Shown here in pieces: positions 63,363 to 64,000 of a DNA stretch of 64,000 nt (positions are counted from its first letter, which is position 1; the number at the start of each line of letters is the position of its first letter). Source of the DNA: Lepidodermella squamata (lineage: Eukaryota > Animalia > Gastrotricha); NCBI GenBank assembly GCA_047495785.1, contig JBLDXI010000013.1:4650001-4714000 (forward strand), read 5' to 3'. The translations under genes and the position numbers were made by a program. The notes under the pieces were generated by a model. It made no database searches. It was given only the letters and a program-made list of their open reading frames with translations, and was not told where the DNA came from.

Positions 63363-64000
63363 TGTAAAAACTTGATAACCAGATTTTTGGAGTACTAATG
63401 GTTGATGAAATTGAGCACTATAAGTTTATATCCAACGTTTCGGTTATTTTCCATAACCTTCTTCAAGGATATCAAGGGTAACATTTCCGCATGAAGTTGA
63501 TATTATAAAATTAAGGCGGAAATTTTAAATTAGCGTTAGTGAGGATTATAAGCCTAATCTGATCCAGTAAGTTGAGCTATTCTAACTAAAATTTTCTCGG
63601 CTTGTTCGACTGCACTTCTCATGAAAGATGGACTCCGTGAAGAGTTTCGCCTTAATCGAATCGAATTGGTATCCCTGAAGATGGTTATGAAAAAGAACCG
63701 AAACGTTGGATATAAACTTATAGCGCCCAATCTCTTTGTAAAAGGATGTATAATAGGTACTAATAGTCAGTAATTTTTACATCTTTGCGCCCGAATGAAT
63801 TTTTTAACCGCTATTTGTTGAATCACCTGCCTGTGTTATTGAATGATGACTGCGTAGAGTTCTTACATCTTTGTAGTCCGTTAACGCACGCAGCGAACCT
63901 ATCTGAAGGATGGCGGTCATTACAAAGCATGACAATGGACGGCACCGCAAATAATAAGACTCTCAAGGAGAACTCGGCGAGCTTCATAGTATCTGAGGAT

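Larger units (their letters stand above)
59362..64000. repeat. 1687-bp tandem array, about 2.75 units visible, running off the window end
   Basis: ORF starts at 59988, 61675 and 63362 give a period of 1687. The units look identical. Confidence 0.97.

Overview
This is eukaryotic (animal) genomic DNA with AT-rich spliceosomal introns; the species cannot be identified from the sequence. The conventional content is a 5-HT2-like aminergic GPCR (+), a large secreted CAP-EGF-ShKT-PAN(x~7)-SUEL-F5/8C-CCP mosaic gene (-), TEN1 and MZT1 in an operon-like arrangement (-), full-length HYDIN (+), a pogo/Tigger transposase relic and several MITE-like foldbacks. The main discovery is a family of three two-exon secreted precursor genes that the ORF track misses or truncates (362-1716 +; 46813-47126 -, nested in a HYDIN intron; 55989-56907 -). 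They share promoter motifs, an 11-codon signal exon and a 58-59 nt intron, but carry different tandem peptide cassettes (28-aa DEASRHNAFYRTNPGSGRAEDGHGSGSP x14, versus 9-aa SARLSIEEP/SARLAVGEP, up to x29). They appear to have spread by duplication together with the neighbouring HYDIN exon. Next to the third copy are fragmented prolyl-4-hydroxylase-alpha genes in a 1687-bp tandem array, and each unit carries two inverted minimal hammerhead-like motifs. A small BH3-only-like gene is nested antisense in another HYDIN intron. All calls were made by eye, without database searches.
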